The notes below the pieces were generated by a model. That model was not told where the DNA came from and searched no databases. It saw only the letters and a list, made by a program, of their open reading frames with translations. Source: Polaribacter sp. (lineage in GTDB: Bacteria; Bacteroidota; Bacteroidia; Flavobacteriales; Flavobacteriaceae). Taken from it: a DNA stretch of 54,513 nt. The DNA is taken from NCBI GenBank assembly GCA_045110395.1, contig JBGCFX010000202.1, positions 1 to 54,513 on the forward strand. Direction: 5' to 3'. This document shows, in pieces, positions 46,840 to 54,513 of this stretch (the stretch's first letter is position 1; every line of letters starts with the position of its first letter). The position numbers and the translations under genes were made by a program.

Positions 46840-47053
46840 AAAAAGAGTTTTATTGTTAGTTTTGTTGATGATTTTCTCATCAAAAACAGCATTTTCACAA
46901 TGTGCAATGTGTAAAGCAGTAGTAGAAAATGGCGACGTTTCTATGGCAGAAGGTGTAAATAACGGAATTACCTATTTAATGGTATTTCCATATCTTTTAA
47001 TAGGAACTTTATTCTTCGTTATTTATAGATATAAGAAAACCGCTAAAAATTAA
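46832..47053 (+). CDS. Small exported membrane protein with QCAMC motif
   Basis: Signal ..AFS-QCAMCKA, NNGITYLM, C-terminal TM; overlaps the DUF420 stop. Confidence 0.8.
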   Translation: MFKKRVLLLVLLMIFSSKTAFSQCAMCKAVVENGDVSMAEGVNNGITYLMVFPYLLIGTLFFVIYRYKKTAKN

Positions 47054-47075
47054 CATTATTATAAGACGATAGTTT

Positions 47076-47102
47076 TGTAACATATTTTACATTTAGTCGT
47101 CT
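47076..47102 (+). promoter_or_regulatory. Putative ECF sigma promoter upstream of tolC
   Basis: TGTAAC-N16-CGTCT fits the ECF AAC/CGT architecture. Confidence 0.55.
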
Positions 47103-47227
47103 TATAGAAACTAAGAAAAACTAAAGTGTTCATTATTGATGAACAAAGTGTTCGATTTTAAATAATAACCAATTATTCACAAAATTTAAAACACTGATTA
47201 TCAACATCTTTACATTTTATTTTTTTT

Positions 47228-47242
47228 TGGCACAACCATTGA
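47228..47242 (+). promoter_or_regulatory. Putative sigma-54 promoter for tolC
   Basis: TGGCACA-ACCA-TTGA, with the palindrome TGTTCAT-N5-ATGAACA about 90-100 bp upstream. Confidence 0.55.
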
Positions 47243-47277
47243 AAATCAACTAATAAGAAATATAAAATTTTAAAATT

Positions 47278-48609
47278 TTGAAGACCAACCTTATCCTATT
47301 TGTAGCCATATTTACATCAATAGCTACATTTTCACAAAAAAAATGGACATTAAAAGAAGCTGTAGATCAAGCACTTCTAAAAAACATTTCTATTCAACAA
47401 AATAGATTAAGTTTAGAGCTAGCTAAAAAAGATGTAGATATTGCAAAAGGTAATTTCTTACCTAATTTAACTGCAAATACAAGAGGAAACTTAAACTTTG
47501 GAACTGGATTTGATCCTGTATCTCAAAATCGTGTAAATACAACTTTTTTTGGAGGTTCTTTTGGTGCAAGTTCTGGATATACTGTTTTTAATGGTTTCAG
47601 AAATACAAATACCTACAAACAAGCACAATTAGGTGTAGAAACAAGTTTATACGATTTAAAACAAATAGAAAATGATGTTTCTTTAAGAGTTGTAAATACA
47701 TATTTGAATGTGTTATTTGCGAAAGAAAATTTAGAAGTAGCAAAAGTGCAAGCAGCAATTAGTAAAAAACAAATAGAAGCTGCAGATGCAAGATTTAAAG
47801 CAGGGTCTATTGCTAAAGGAGATTTGTTAAACTTTCAATCTACAGCAGCAAACGATTTGCAAGGAGTTGTTACCCAAGAAAACGCTTTAGATATTGCTTT
47901 GTTAAACTTAGCGCAATTAATTCAAGAACCTGTAGAAAATTTTGATGTTGCCCCAATAAATGTAGGCACACCATCTTCTAATTTATTTTATAAAACCTCA
48001 AGTTCTGTTTATAATAAATCTTTAGATTATATGCCAGAAATTGCTAGAGCAAAATTAGATATAGAAAATGCAGACTTTAATATTGCTATTGCAGAAAGTG
48101 CATTTTATCCAACAGTTACAGCGTCTGCTTCCTTATCTACAAACTATGGTTATAACTTAAATTTACCAGCTGGTGTAAGCAATACAGGTTTTGGAACTCA
48201 ATTAGATGACAATTTTGGTTATGGTGCAGGGTTTAGTGTAAACATTCCTATTTTTAATCGTTTTCAGACAAAAAATAGAGTGGCACAATCTATAATCAAT
48301 AAAGAAATTTCTGAAACAAGATTAGAGAGTCAGAAATTACAATTAAAACAAACGATAGAACAAGCATTCTTAGATGTAAAAACGGCTTTAAAAACTTATG
48401 AAGCTGCTAAAATTTCTTTAGAAGCACAAAAAGAAGCTTTTAAAAATGCACAAGAAAGCTATAATTATGGAGCTATGACTTTGTTTGATTTCGATTTGGT
48501 TAGAACTCGTTTAGTAAACGCTGAAGGAGCTATGATACGTTCTAAATACGACTATGTTTTTAAAACAAAAGTATTACAGTTTTACTCTGGTGAGTTAGTT
48601 TTAGAATAA
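47278..48609 (+). CDS. TolC-family outer-membrane efflux protein
   Basis: Signal peptide, WTLKEAV..AL, FLPNL, YTVFNGF, FYPTV, NIPIFNRF; TTG start. Confidence 0.93.
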   Translation: MKTNLILFVAIFTSIATFSQKKWTLKEAVDQALLKNISIQQNRLSLELAKKDVDIAKGNFLPNLTANTRGNLNFGTGFDPVSQNRVNTTFFGGSFGASSGYTVFNGFRNTNTYKQAQLGVETSLYDLKQIENDVSLRVVNTYLNVLFAKENLEVAKVQAAISKKQIEAADARFKAGSIAKGDLLNFQSTAANDLQGVVTQENALDIALLNLAQLIQEPVENFDVAPINVGTPSSNLFYKTSSSVYNKSLDYMPEIARAKLDIENADFNIAIAESAFYPTVTASASLSTNYGYNLNLPAGVSNTGFGTQLDDNFGYGAGFSVNIPIFNRFQTKNRVAQSIINKEISETRLESQKLQLKQTIEQAFLDVKTALKTYEAAKISLEAQKEAFKNAQESYNYGAMTLFDFDLVRTRLVNAEGAMIRSKYDYVFKTKVLQFYSGELVLE

Positions 48610-48632
48610 TTTTATAATCTTAAAATATTTAC

Positions 48633-48665
48633 AGACCCTTCAAGTTTTTAAAACCTGAAGGGTCT
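48633..48665. repeat. REP-like 33-bp palindrome (may also act as a terminator)
   Basis: AGACCCTTCAAGTTTT-T-AAAACCTGAAGGGTCT, 16-bp arms with one mismatch. Confidence 0.75.
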
Positions 48666-48721
48666 TTATTTATATGAGGTTTTCTTTTTTTGAAATACTA
48701 TCTTTGTAAAAAAAATAGAAA

Positions 48722-49408
48722 TTGGCAATTATCCTTAACATAGAAACTGCAACAAAAAATTGCTCTGTAAGTATTGCAAAAAACGGAGCTATTTTAGCTA
48801 TAAAAGAATTGAATAATGGCAATTATTCGCATGCAGAAGTTTTGCATCCTTTTATTGTTGATATTTTAAAAGAAGCAAATCTAGCATCTACAGAAATAGA
48901 TGCTGTAGCAGTTAGCAAAGGACCAGGTTCTTATACTGGTTTAAGAATTGGTGTTTCTGCTGCAAAAGGACTTTGTTTTGCTTTTAACAAACCTTTAATT
49001 TCTTTAGAAACCTTAACTTCTTTAGCTCATAGTATTTCTATTGAAGAGGGTCTCATTGTGCCTCTTTTAGATGCTAGAAGAATGGAAGTGTATGCAGCTG
49101 TTTATAATAACCAACATCAACAAATAAGAGATATTAAAGCAGAAATTATAGATGAAAACTCTTTTTCTGAATATCTAAAAGAGCATAAAGTTTATTTTTT
49201 AGGTGATGGGGCTCAGAAATGCAAAGAAATTATCACACATAAAAATTCAGTTTTTATTGATGACAAATTTCCATCAGCAAGAGAAATGGCAATATTATCG
49301 TATGCTAAATACAAAAAAAACGACATCGAAGATGTCGCTTATTTTGAGCCTTTTTATTTAAAAGATTTCGTTGTAATTCCTGAAAAGAAAAAGAAACCTA
49401 TTTTTTAA
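48722..49408 (+). CDS. tsaB: tRNA threonylcarbamoyladenosine biosynthesis protein TsaB
   Basis: ILNIETAT, HAEVL, GPGSYTGLRIG, DARRMEVY, EPFYLK. Confidence 0.96.
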   Translation: MAIILNIETATKNCSVSIAKNGAILAIKELNNGNYSHAEVLHPFIVDILKEANLASTEIDAVAVSKGPGSYTGLRIGVSAAKGLCFAFNKPLISLETLTSLAHSISIEEGLIVPLLDARRMEVYAAVYNNQHQQIRDIKAEIIDENSFSEYLKEHKVYFLGDGAQKCKEIITHKNSVFIDDKFPSAREMAILSYAKYKKNDIEDVAYFEPFYLKDFVVIPEKKKKPIF

Positions 49409-49412
49409 TCGG

Positions 49413-50219
49413 TTATTCTGGTTTATTAATGTTTACTCTGTGTGGATAAGGAATTTCGATTCCTGCTGCATCTAAAGCTAATTTCACGTTTTCTGTAACA
49501 TCAAAATAAACAGTCCAATAATCTTCTGTATTACACCAAGGTCTAACTGCAAAATTTACAGAACTATCTGCCAATTCTAAAACAGTTACTCCAGGATTAG
49601 GTTCTTTTAATACTTTTGGGTGCGAAGTCAAAACTTGCGTTAAAACTTCTTTTGTTTTTTTAATATCTGCATCATAAGACACACCAATAACCAAATCTAC
49701 TCTTCTAGTTCCTTCTGTTGTGTAATTAATAATGTTTCCATTAGATAGACTTCCATTAGGGATAATAATTTCTCTATTAGACAAACCAATTAATTTTGTG
49801 GTAAAGATTTCGATTTCTTTTACAACCCCAATTTCTCCTTGAGCTTCAATTAAATCGCCCAATTTAATAGGTTTAAAAATCATAATTAAAACACCTCCTG
49901 CAAAATTAGCAAGAGAACCTTGAAGTGCTAAACCAACAGCTAAACCAGCTGCTGCAATAATTGCTGCAAAAGAGGCAGTTTCTACACCTAACTTTGCAAT
50001 TACTGTAATAAATAATAAGATTTTTAGAGACCAACCCAAAAAGTTTCCTAAAAATTTCTGAAGTGTTTCGTCAACACCTCTTTTCTTGAGTATATTTTTA
50101 GAGGTTTTTACAACAATACCTATTACAAACAAACCAATAATTAAAATAGCCAATGCTACTAGTATTTTTGGTGAGTACTCAACTACAAAGTTTTTAATTT
50201 TTTCTATATATTCTTCCAT
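49413..50219 (-). CDS. mscS: Small-conductance mechanosensitive channel
   Basis: GLAVGLALQGSLANFAGG, IIPNG, RRVDLVIGVSYDADI, GIEIPYP. Confidence 0.93.
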   Translation of the reverse strand: MEEYIEKIKNFVVEYSPKILVALAILIIGLFVIGIVVKTSKNILKKRGVDETLQKFLGNFLGWSLKILLFITVIAKLGVETASFAAIIAAAGLAVGLALQGSLANFAGGVLIMIFKPIKLGDLIEAQGEIGVVKEIEIFTTKLIGLSNREIIIPNGSLSNGNIINYTTEGTRRVDLVIGVSYDADIKKTKEVLTQVLTSHPKVLKEPNPGVTVLELADSSVNFAVRPWCNTEDYWTVYFDVTENVKLALDAAGIEIPYPHRVNINKPE

Positions 50220-50282
50220 TATTTTCTTGTTAGAAATTAAGTTGCAAAAATAGTAGTTTCTTATTGAAGAATAAAAATTAAC

Positions 50283-50639
50283 TTAGAATAATAGGAGAGA
50301 AATTAAACCCAAAGATGCAGGTATTGTTTGTATGTAAAGAATACTTCTTTTTTTAGTTGAATAGGCTCCATAAATTCCTGCAATTGCTACACAGCTAAAA
50401 AAGAAAATGGCAGTATTAGGGTTATCAGAAATAAAAGCCCAAATAAATCCTGCAGCTAAAAAACCATTATATAAACCTTGATTAGCAGCCATAACTTTGG
50501 TTTCTTCTGCAAATTGTTTGTCTTTTAAGCCAAATGTTTTAATTCCTTTTTTGGTGGTCCATAAAGCCATTTCTAAATACAGTATGTAAATGTGAATAAT
50601 GGCAACTAACAGAACAATTGATATTTGAAAAGTATTCAT
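50283..50639 (-). CDS. DUF1304 membrane protein
   Basis: HIYILYLEM, AANQGLYNGFLAAG. Confidence 0.9.
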   Translation of the reverse strand: MNTFQISIVLLVAIIHIYILYLEMALWTTKKGIKTFGLKDKQFAEETKVMAANQGLYNGFLAAGFIWAFISDNPNTAIFFFSCVAIAGIYGAYSTKKRSILYIQTIPASLGLISLLLF

Positions 50640-50651
50640 AATATATAAATT

Positions 50652-50685
50652 AAAAAAGCGACTTAATAATCAATATTAAATCGCT
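50652..50685 (-). terminator. Terminator after the dodecin gene
   Basis: Minus strand AGCGATTTAATA-N5-TATTAAGTCGCT followed by Ts. Confidence 0.7.
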
Positions 50686-50709
50686 CTATAGTAGTTAGTA
50701 TAATATCGT

Positions 50710-50910
50710 TTAATTTACTTCAAAAGTAATTTTTAAGTTTACTCTAAATTCGGCAACATCATCACCATTAACAACAGCACTCTGAGATTGTACAAATACA
50801 GATTTAATGTTTTTAACTGATTTAGAGGCTTGTTTTACCGCTTTTTTTGTAGCATCTTCCCAACTTTTGTCAGAATTTGCTAACACTTCAATAACTTTCA
50901 TTACTGCCAT
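50710..50910 (-). CDS. Dodecin-family protein
   Basis: KVIEVLANSDKSWEDA, FRVNLKITFEV; 66 aa. Confidence 0.92.
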   Translation of the reverse strand: MAVMKVIEVLANSDKSWEDATKKAVKQASKSVKNIKSVFVQSQSAVVNGDDVAEFRVNLKITFEVN

Positions 50911-51056
50911 AATCTTACAATTTATTTAAATTAATATGTAGTAAATATATCAAAATTTTTTCAAAAGCCCTAATGTTAATAAAATGTCATCACTTGTAAA
51001 ATCAACTATTTATCTCAATTAGAGTCAAATCTCTAAAAAATATAGATTTTAAAAAT

Positions 51057-52346
51057 TTAATTCATTAAATCTTCAATTTCATCTGCCTCTATAGGTATAT
51101 TTCCCATTAAATTAAAAGGTTCTCCTTTTTCTTGAATAACAACATCATCTTCTAAACGAATTCCAAAACCTTCATCAGGAATATAAATTCCAGGTTCTAC
51201 AGTAAAGACCATATTTGCTTGCATTGGTTCGTGTAAAAGGCCATAATCGTGTGTGTCTAAACCAATATTATGGCTTGTTCCGTGCATAAAGTATTTTTTG
51301 TATGCAGGCCAATTTTTATCTTCATTTTTAATATCAACTTTATCTAATAAATCTAATTTTAATAATTCAGCTGTCATAATATCACCAACTTCTTTATGAT
51401 ATTCTTTCCAAATTGTTCCAGGAACTAATAATTTTGTAGCTTCCTTTTTTACGTGATTAACAGCATTGTAAACTGCTTTTTGTCTATCAGAGAATTTACC
51501 AGAAACAGGAATTGTTCTTGACAAATCACTTTTATAATTTGCGTATTCTGCAGCAATATCAAACAAAATTAAATCACCAGCCTTACATTGTTGATTATTC
51601 TCTATATAATGCAAAACATTGGCATTATTTCCTGATGCAATAATTGGTGTATAAGCAAATCCTTTAGAACGGTTTTTTACAAATTCGTGCAACAATTCAG
51701 CTTCAATCTCATATTCCCAAACATTGGGTTTTACAAAGTTTAAAATGCGTCTAAAACCTTTTTCTGTAATATTACATGCGTGTTGCATTAAGTCTAATTC
51801 TATTTGGTCTTTTACAGAACGCAAACGTTGCAAAATAGGATTGCTTTTTGCTACAGAATGTGCAGGATATTTTGCCAACAACCATTTTATAAACCTATCT
51901 TCTCTTGTTTCAGTTTCTACAGAAGCTCTGTAATGTTCATTGGTGTTGATGTAAAAAGTATCTGCATAAGTACTCATTTCAAACAAAATTTTCTCTAAAT
52001 CTTGTAACCAATAAATTGTTTTTACTCCACTTGTTTTGGTAGCAGCTTCTTTGGTTAGTTTCTCACCTTCCCAAACTGCAATATGTTCATTAGTTTCTCT
52101 AACAAAAAGCACTTCTCGTAAATTTTCATTTGGGCAATCAGGAAACAACATTAAAACACTTTCTTCTTGGTCTACACCACTTAAATAAAATATATCTCTG
52201 TGTTGCTCAAAAGGCATTGTGCTATCTGCACTTATAGGATAAATGTCGTTAGAATTAAAAATAGCAATACTATTTGGTTGCATTACAGCAGCAAAATTTT
52301 TGCGATTTTTTATAAAAAGTTCTGAATTTATTTGGTGATATTTCAT
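51057..52346 (-). CDS. pepP: Xaa-Pro aminopeptidase (M24B)
   Basis: AMP_N-like N-terminus, LHY, SDLSRT, HGTSH.IGLDTHD, TVEPGIY, GIRLEDD. Confidence 0.9.
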   Translation of the reverse strand: MKYHQINSELFIKNRKNFAAVMQPNSIAIFNSNDIYPISADSTMPFEQHRDIFYLSGVDQEESVLMLFPDCPNENLREVLFVRETNEHIAVWEGEKLTKEAATKTSGVKTIYWLQDLEKILFEMSTYADTFYINTNEHYRASVETETREDRFIKWLLAKYPAHSVAKSNPILQRLRSVKDQIELDLMQHACNITEKGFRRILNFVKPNVWEYEIEAELLHEFVKNRSKGFAYTPIIASGNNANVLHYIENNQQCKAGDLILFDIAAEYANYKSDLSRTIPVSGKFSDRQKAVYNAVNHVKKEATKLLVPGTIWKEYHKEVGDIMTAELLKLDLLDKVDIKNEDKNWPAYKKYFMHGTSHNIGLDTHDYGLLHEPMQANMVFTVEPGIYIPDEGFGIRLEDDVVIQEKGEPFNLMGNIPIEADEIEDLMN

Positions 52347-52402
52347 ACAAATTTGAGTTTAAAACACAAATGTAGCAATAATATCATCAACAAAAAATGC
52401 TA

Positions 52403-53722
52403 TTAAAAACGCTTCTTTTTAGGAGCGCCAGTTCTACCACGTCCAGAAGTTGCACCTGCAGGTTTATTTCCTTTAAAATGAGGTTTCTTTTTAGGTCTAT
52501 TTTGGTTTGATGAACTAGAAGAACCACCTTTATTTTTCTTTCCAAAAGAACCTTTGCTTTGTGAAGCAGCTCTTTTGGGTGGTGCAGTATCTGTAGGTTC
52601 AAAACCTGCTACAATAGTAGATTTTAATTTTTCGTTTAATAGTTTTTCTATTTCATTCTGGTATTCAGTTTCCTCACTACAAACTAAAGAAATTGCTTCT
52701 CCTGCAGCTCCAGCTCTTCCAGTTCTACCAATTCTATGTACATAATCTTCTGGCACATTTGGCAATTCGTAATTAATTACATGAGGTAATAAAGGAATAT
52801 CTAAACCACGAGCTGCAATATCTGTAGCAACCAAAATTTTAATAGAATTATCTTTAAAGTTTTTCAGCGCTTTTGTTCTTGCACCTTGACTTTTATTTCC
52901 ATGAATAGCAGCTGCAGAAATTTTAGATTTTATTAATTTTTCAGTTAACCTATTTGCTCCATGCTTTGTTCTAGTAAATATTAAAACTTGATTCCAATTA
53001 TTATCTTGAATTAGTTTAATAGTAAACTCCGTTTTTTTCTTTTTATCAACTTTAAAAACCTTGTGAGTTACTTTTTTTGCAGTAGAATTTTGTGGAGCAG
53101 TTTCCACCTCAATAGGATTTCTTAAAATAGTAGCTGCCAATTTCTTAATATCTTTAGAAAAAGTAGCAGAAAACATTAAGTTTTGCCTTTTGGCAGGCAT
53201 AAAACTAATGATTTTGTTAATATCTCTAACAAAACCCATATCTAACATTCTATCAGCTTCATCTAAAATTAAAACATCTACACGTTTAAAAGAAACCGCT
53301 TTTCTATCGTGTAAATCTAACAATCTACCAGGTGTTGCCACTAAAATATCAACTCCGTTTTTTAAAGTTGCAATTTGTGGTTTCGCATTAACGCCACCAA
53401 AAACTACAGCAGATTTAATGTTTACATATTTGCTATATTCTCTTACATTATCATAAACTTGCGCAGCCAATTCCCTTGTTGGCGTTAAAACCAAAGCTCT
53501 TAAAGGTCTGTATTTTGGATGTTTTGTTTCTGTTAAATACTGTAACACAGGTAATGTAAAACCAGCTGTTTTTCCTGTTCCTGTTTGTGCAGAAGCTAAA
53601 ATATCTTTGCCCTCTAAAATTGGCGGAATTGCTTTTTCTTGTATGGGTGATGGTTTGGTGTATCCTTTTTCTTCAACAGCTTTCAAAATCGCGTTAGATA
53701 AACCTAAATCTTTAAATGTCAT
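52403..53722 (-). CDS. rhlE: DEAD-box RNA helicase, RhlE-like
   Basis: [35 protein letters not shown]; basic C-terminal tail. Confidence 0.9.
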   Translation of the reverse strand: MTFKDLGLSNAILKAVEEKGYTKPSPIQEKAIPPILEGKDILASAQTGTGKTAGFTLPVLQYLTETKHPKYRPLRALVLTPTRELAAQVYDNVREYSKYVNIKSAVVFGGVNAKPQIATLKNGVDILVATPGRLLDLHDRKAVSFKRVDVLILDEADRMLDMGFVRDINKIISFMPAKRQNLMFSATFSKDIKKLAATILRNPIEVETAPQNSTAKKVTHKVFKVDKKKKTEFTIKLIQDNNWNQVLIFTRTKHGANRLTEKLIKSKISAAAIHGNKSQGARTKALKNFKDNSIKILVATDIAARGLDIPLLPHVINYELPNVPEDYVHRIGRTGRAGAAGEAISLVCSEETEYQNEIEKLLNEKLKSTIVAGFEPTDTAPPKRAASQSKGSFGKKNKGGSSSSSNQNRPKKKPHFKGNKPAGATSGRGRTGAPKKKRF

Positions 53723-53804
53723 AAATAATATTTACGAAACTCGCTTTATGTAGCAGTTTCTGTGGGCAAAGATACGTTGTTTTAAGTTGGAGAACTTTAA
53801 TTAT

Positions 53805-53883
53805 TTTTTGGGCGTTTTAACAGGCTTTCCATTATATCTTTTTGCTGAAAAAGCAAAAAGGATGTCATTTCAATCCTTAACGC
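53805..53883 (+). ncRNA. Flavo-1-like structured RNA or repeat element
   Basis: TTTTTGGGCGT..CAGGCTTTCCATTATATCTTTTTGCT-GAAAA-AGCAAAAAGGATGTCATTTCAATCCTTAACGC; nested stems; resembles my recollection of the Flavo-1 motif. Confidence 0.62.
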
Positions 53884-54022
53884 TTCTTTAATATTTATTA
53901 AAGTTTGTTAAAGACTTATAAATTTGTGAATTCATAGCAAAAAAACCAAAAAGGTGTTAATTTTTTTGATATTCATTAAACAAGCAGTAATTTCATCACT
54001 TTAAAACCAAACCTAATTTCTT

Positions 54023-54513
54023 ATGAAATCTATTTTTCAATTAGTAATAATGTTTTTTTCAATCACATTAGTAGCACAAACACCAACAAGTTCAGACATT
54101 ATTCAAAATTCTTTAACTCAAAAATCGAAGATGATGCAATCATCATTGGTTAAAAATATTGAGTTTACCAATATTGGCCCCACAGTAATGAGTGGTAGAG
54201 TTGCAGATGTTGCTGTAAACCCTAATGATACAACAGAATTTTATGTGGGTTATGCTTCAGGAGGTTAAAAAAAAAAAAAAAATAACGGAACTACCTTTAC
54301 ACCAATTTTAGACAACTCTCCAACACAAAATATTGGTGATATTGCTGTCCATTTTAATTCTGGAACGATTTGGGTTGGTACTGGAGAAAAAAATTCTTCA
54401 AGATCCTCTTATGCAGGAATAGGAATGTTAAAATCTACTGATAATGGAAAAACTTGGACAAATGTTGGTTTGCCAGATTCACATCATATAAGTAGAATAT
54501 TAATCAATCCAAA
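54023..54513 (+). pseudogene. VPS10/BNR-repeat glycosyl-hydrolase-like secreted protein, interrupted by TAA plus poly-A and truncated by the window end
   Basis: IGPTVMSGRV, YVGYASGG*KKKKNNGTTF, then the same frame continues IGDIAV..IWVGTGE..SYAGIGMLKSTDNGKTW. Confidence 0.82.

Noticed and set aside
1472-53456. Short overlapping ORFs in the track (e.g. 1507-1767, 3614-3865, 10658-10948, 17485-17868, 35209-35763, 45896-46162, 53190-53456)
   Set aside because: They lie antisense to or inside well-supported genes and have no recognisable motifs; shadow ORFs.
53921-53940. AATTTGTGAATTCATAGCAA, resembling a Flavobacterial short-repeat remnant
   Set aside because: A single degenerate unit; not supportable from this window.
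1-54513. CRISPR array or cas genes near the CHAT protease
   Set aside because: No repeat-spacer array or Cas-like ORF is visible; the repeats are protein-coding (LRR, propeller, TPR) or isolated palindromes.

Overview
An AT-rich Flavobacteriaceae chromosome segment, Polaribacter-like (inferred from TAnnTTTG promoters, T9SS CTDs and gene content). The housekeeping backbone runs tyrS, pyrC, hemD, radA, panDC, glmS, deoC, remB, cyoE-cox3-cox3-cox4-SCO, tolC, tsaB, mscS, pepP and a DEAD-box helicase. It is interrupted by a ~17 kb accessory signalling and secretion block (20041-37478) with two modules. The first is an ECF sigma / membrane TPR anti-sigma-like / membrane-anchored extracytoplasmic TPR-CHAT (caspase-like) protease operon with an intact His-Cys dyad. 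The second is two LytS-type kinases plus one LytTR regulator. Two plus-strand cargo units encode a DUF4412 protein, a 14-blade propeller/FBA-like/LRR T9SS protein, an LRR T9SS paralog and a lipoprotein. Both cargo promoters carry the same 21-bp-period YATACA direct repeat exactly 38 bp from a weak -7 box. Non-coding candidates include a self-contained sRNA upstream of cyoE, a Flavo-1-like RNA, REP-like palindromes, and sigma-54 and ECF promoters. glmS and the last gene carry in-frame TAA stops made by clustered changes to A, probably assembly artefacts. No rRNA, tRNA, CRISPR array, integrase or transposase was seen. Family names come from motif recognition, not database searches.
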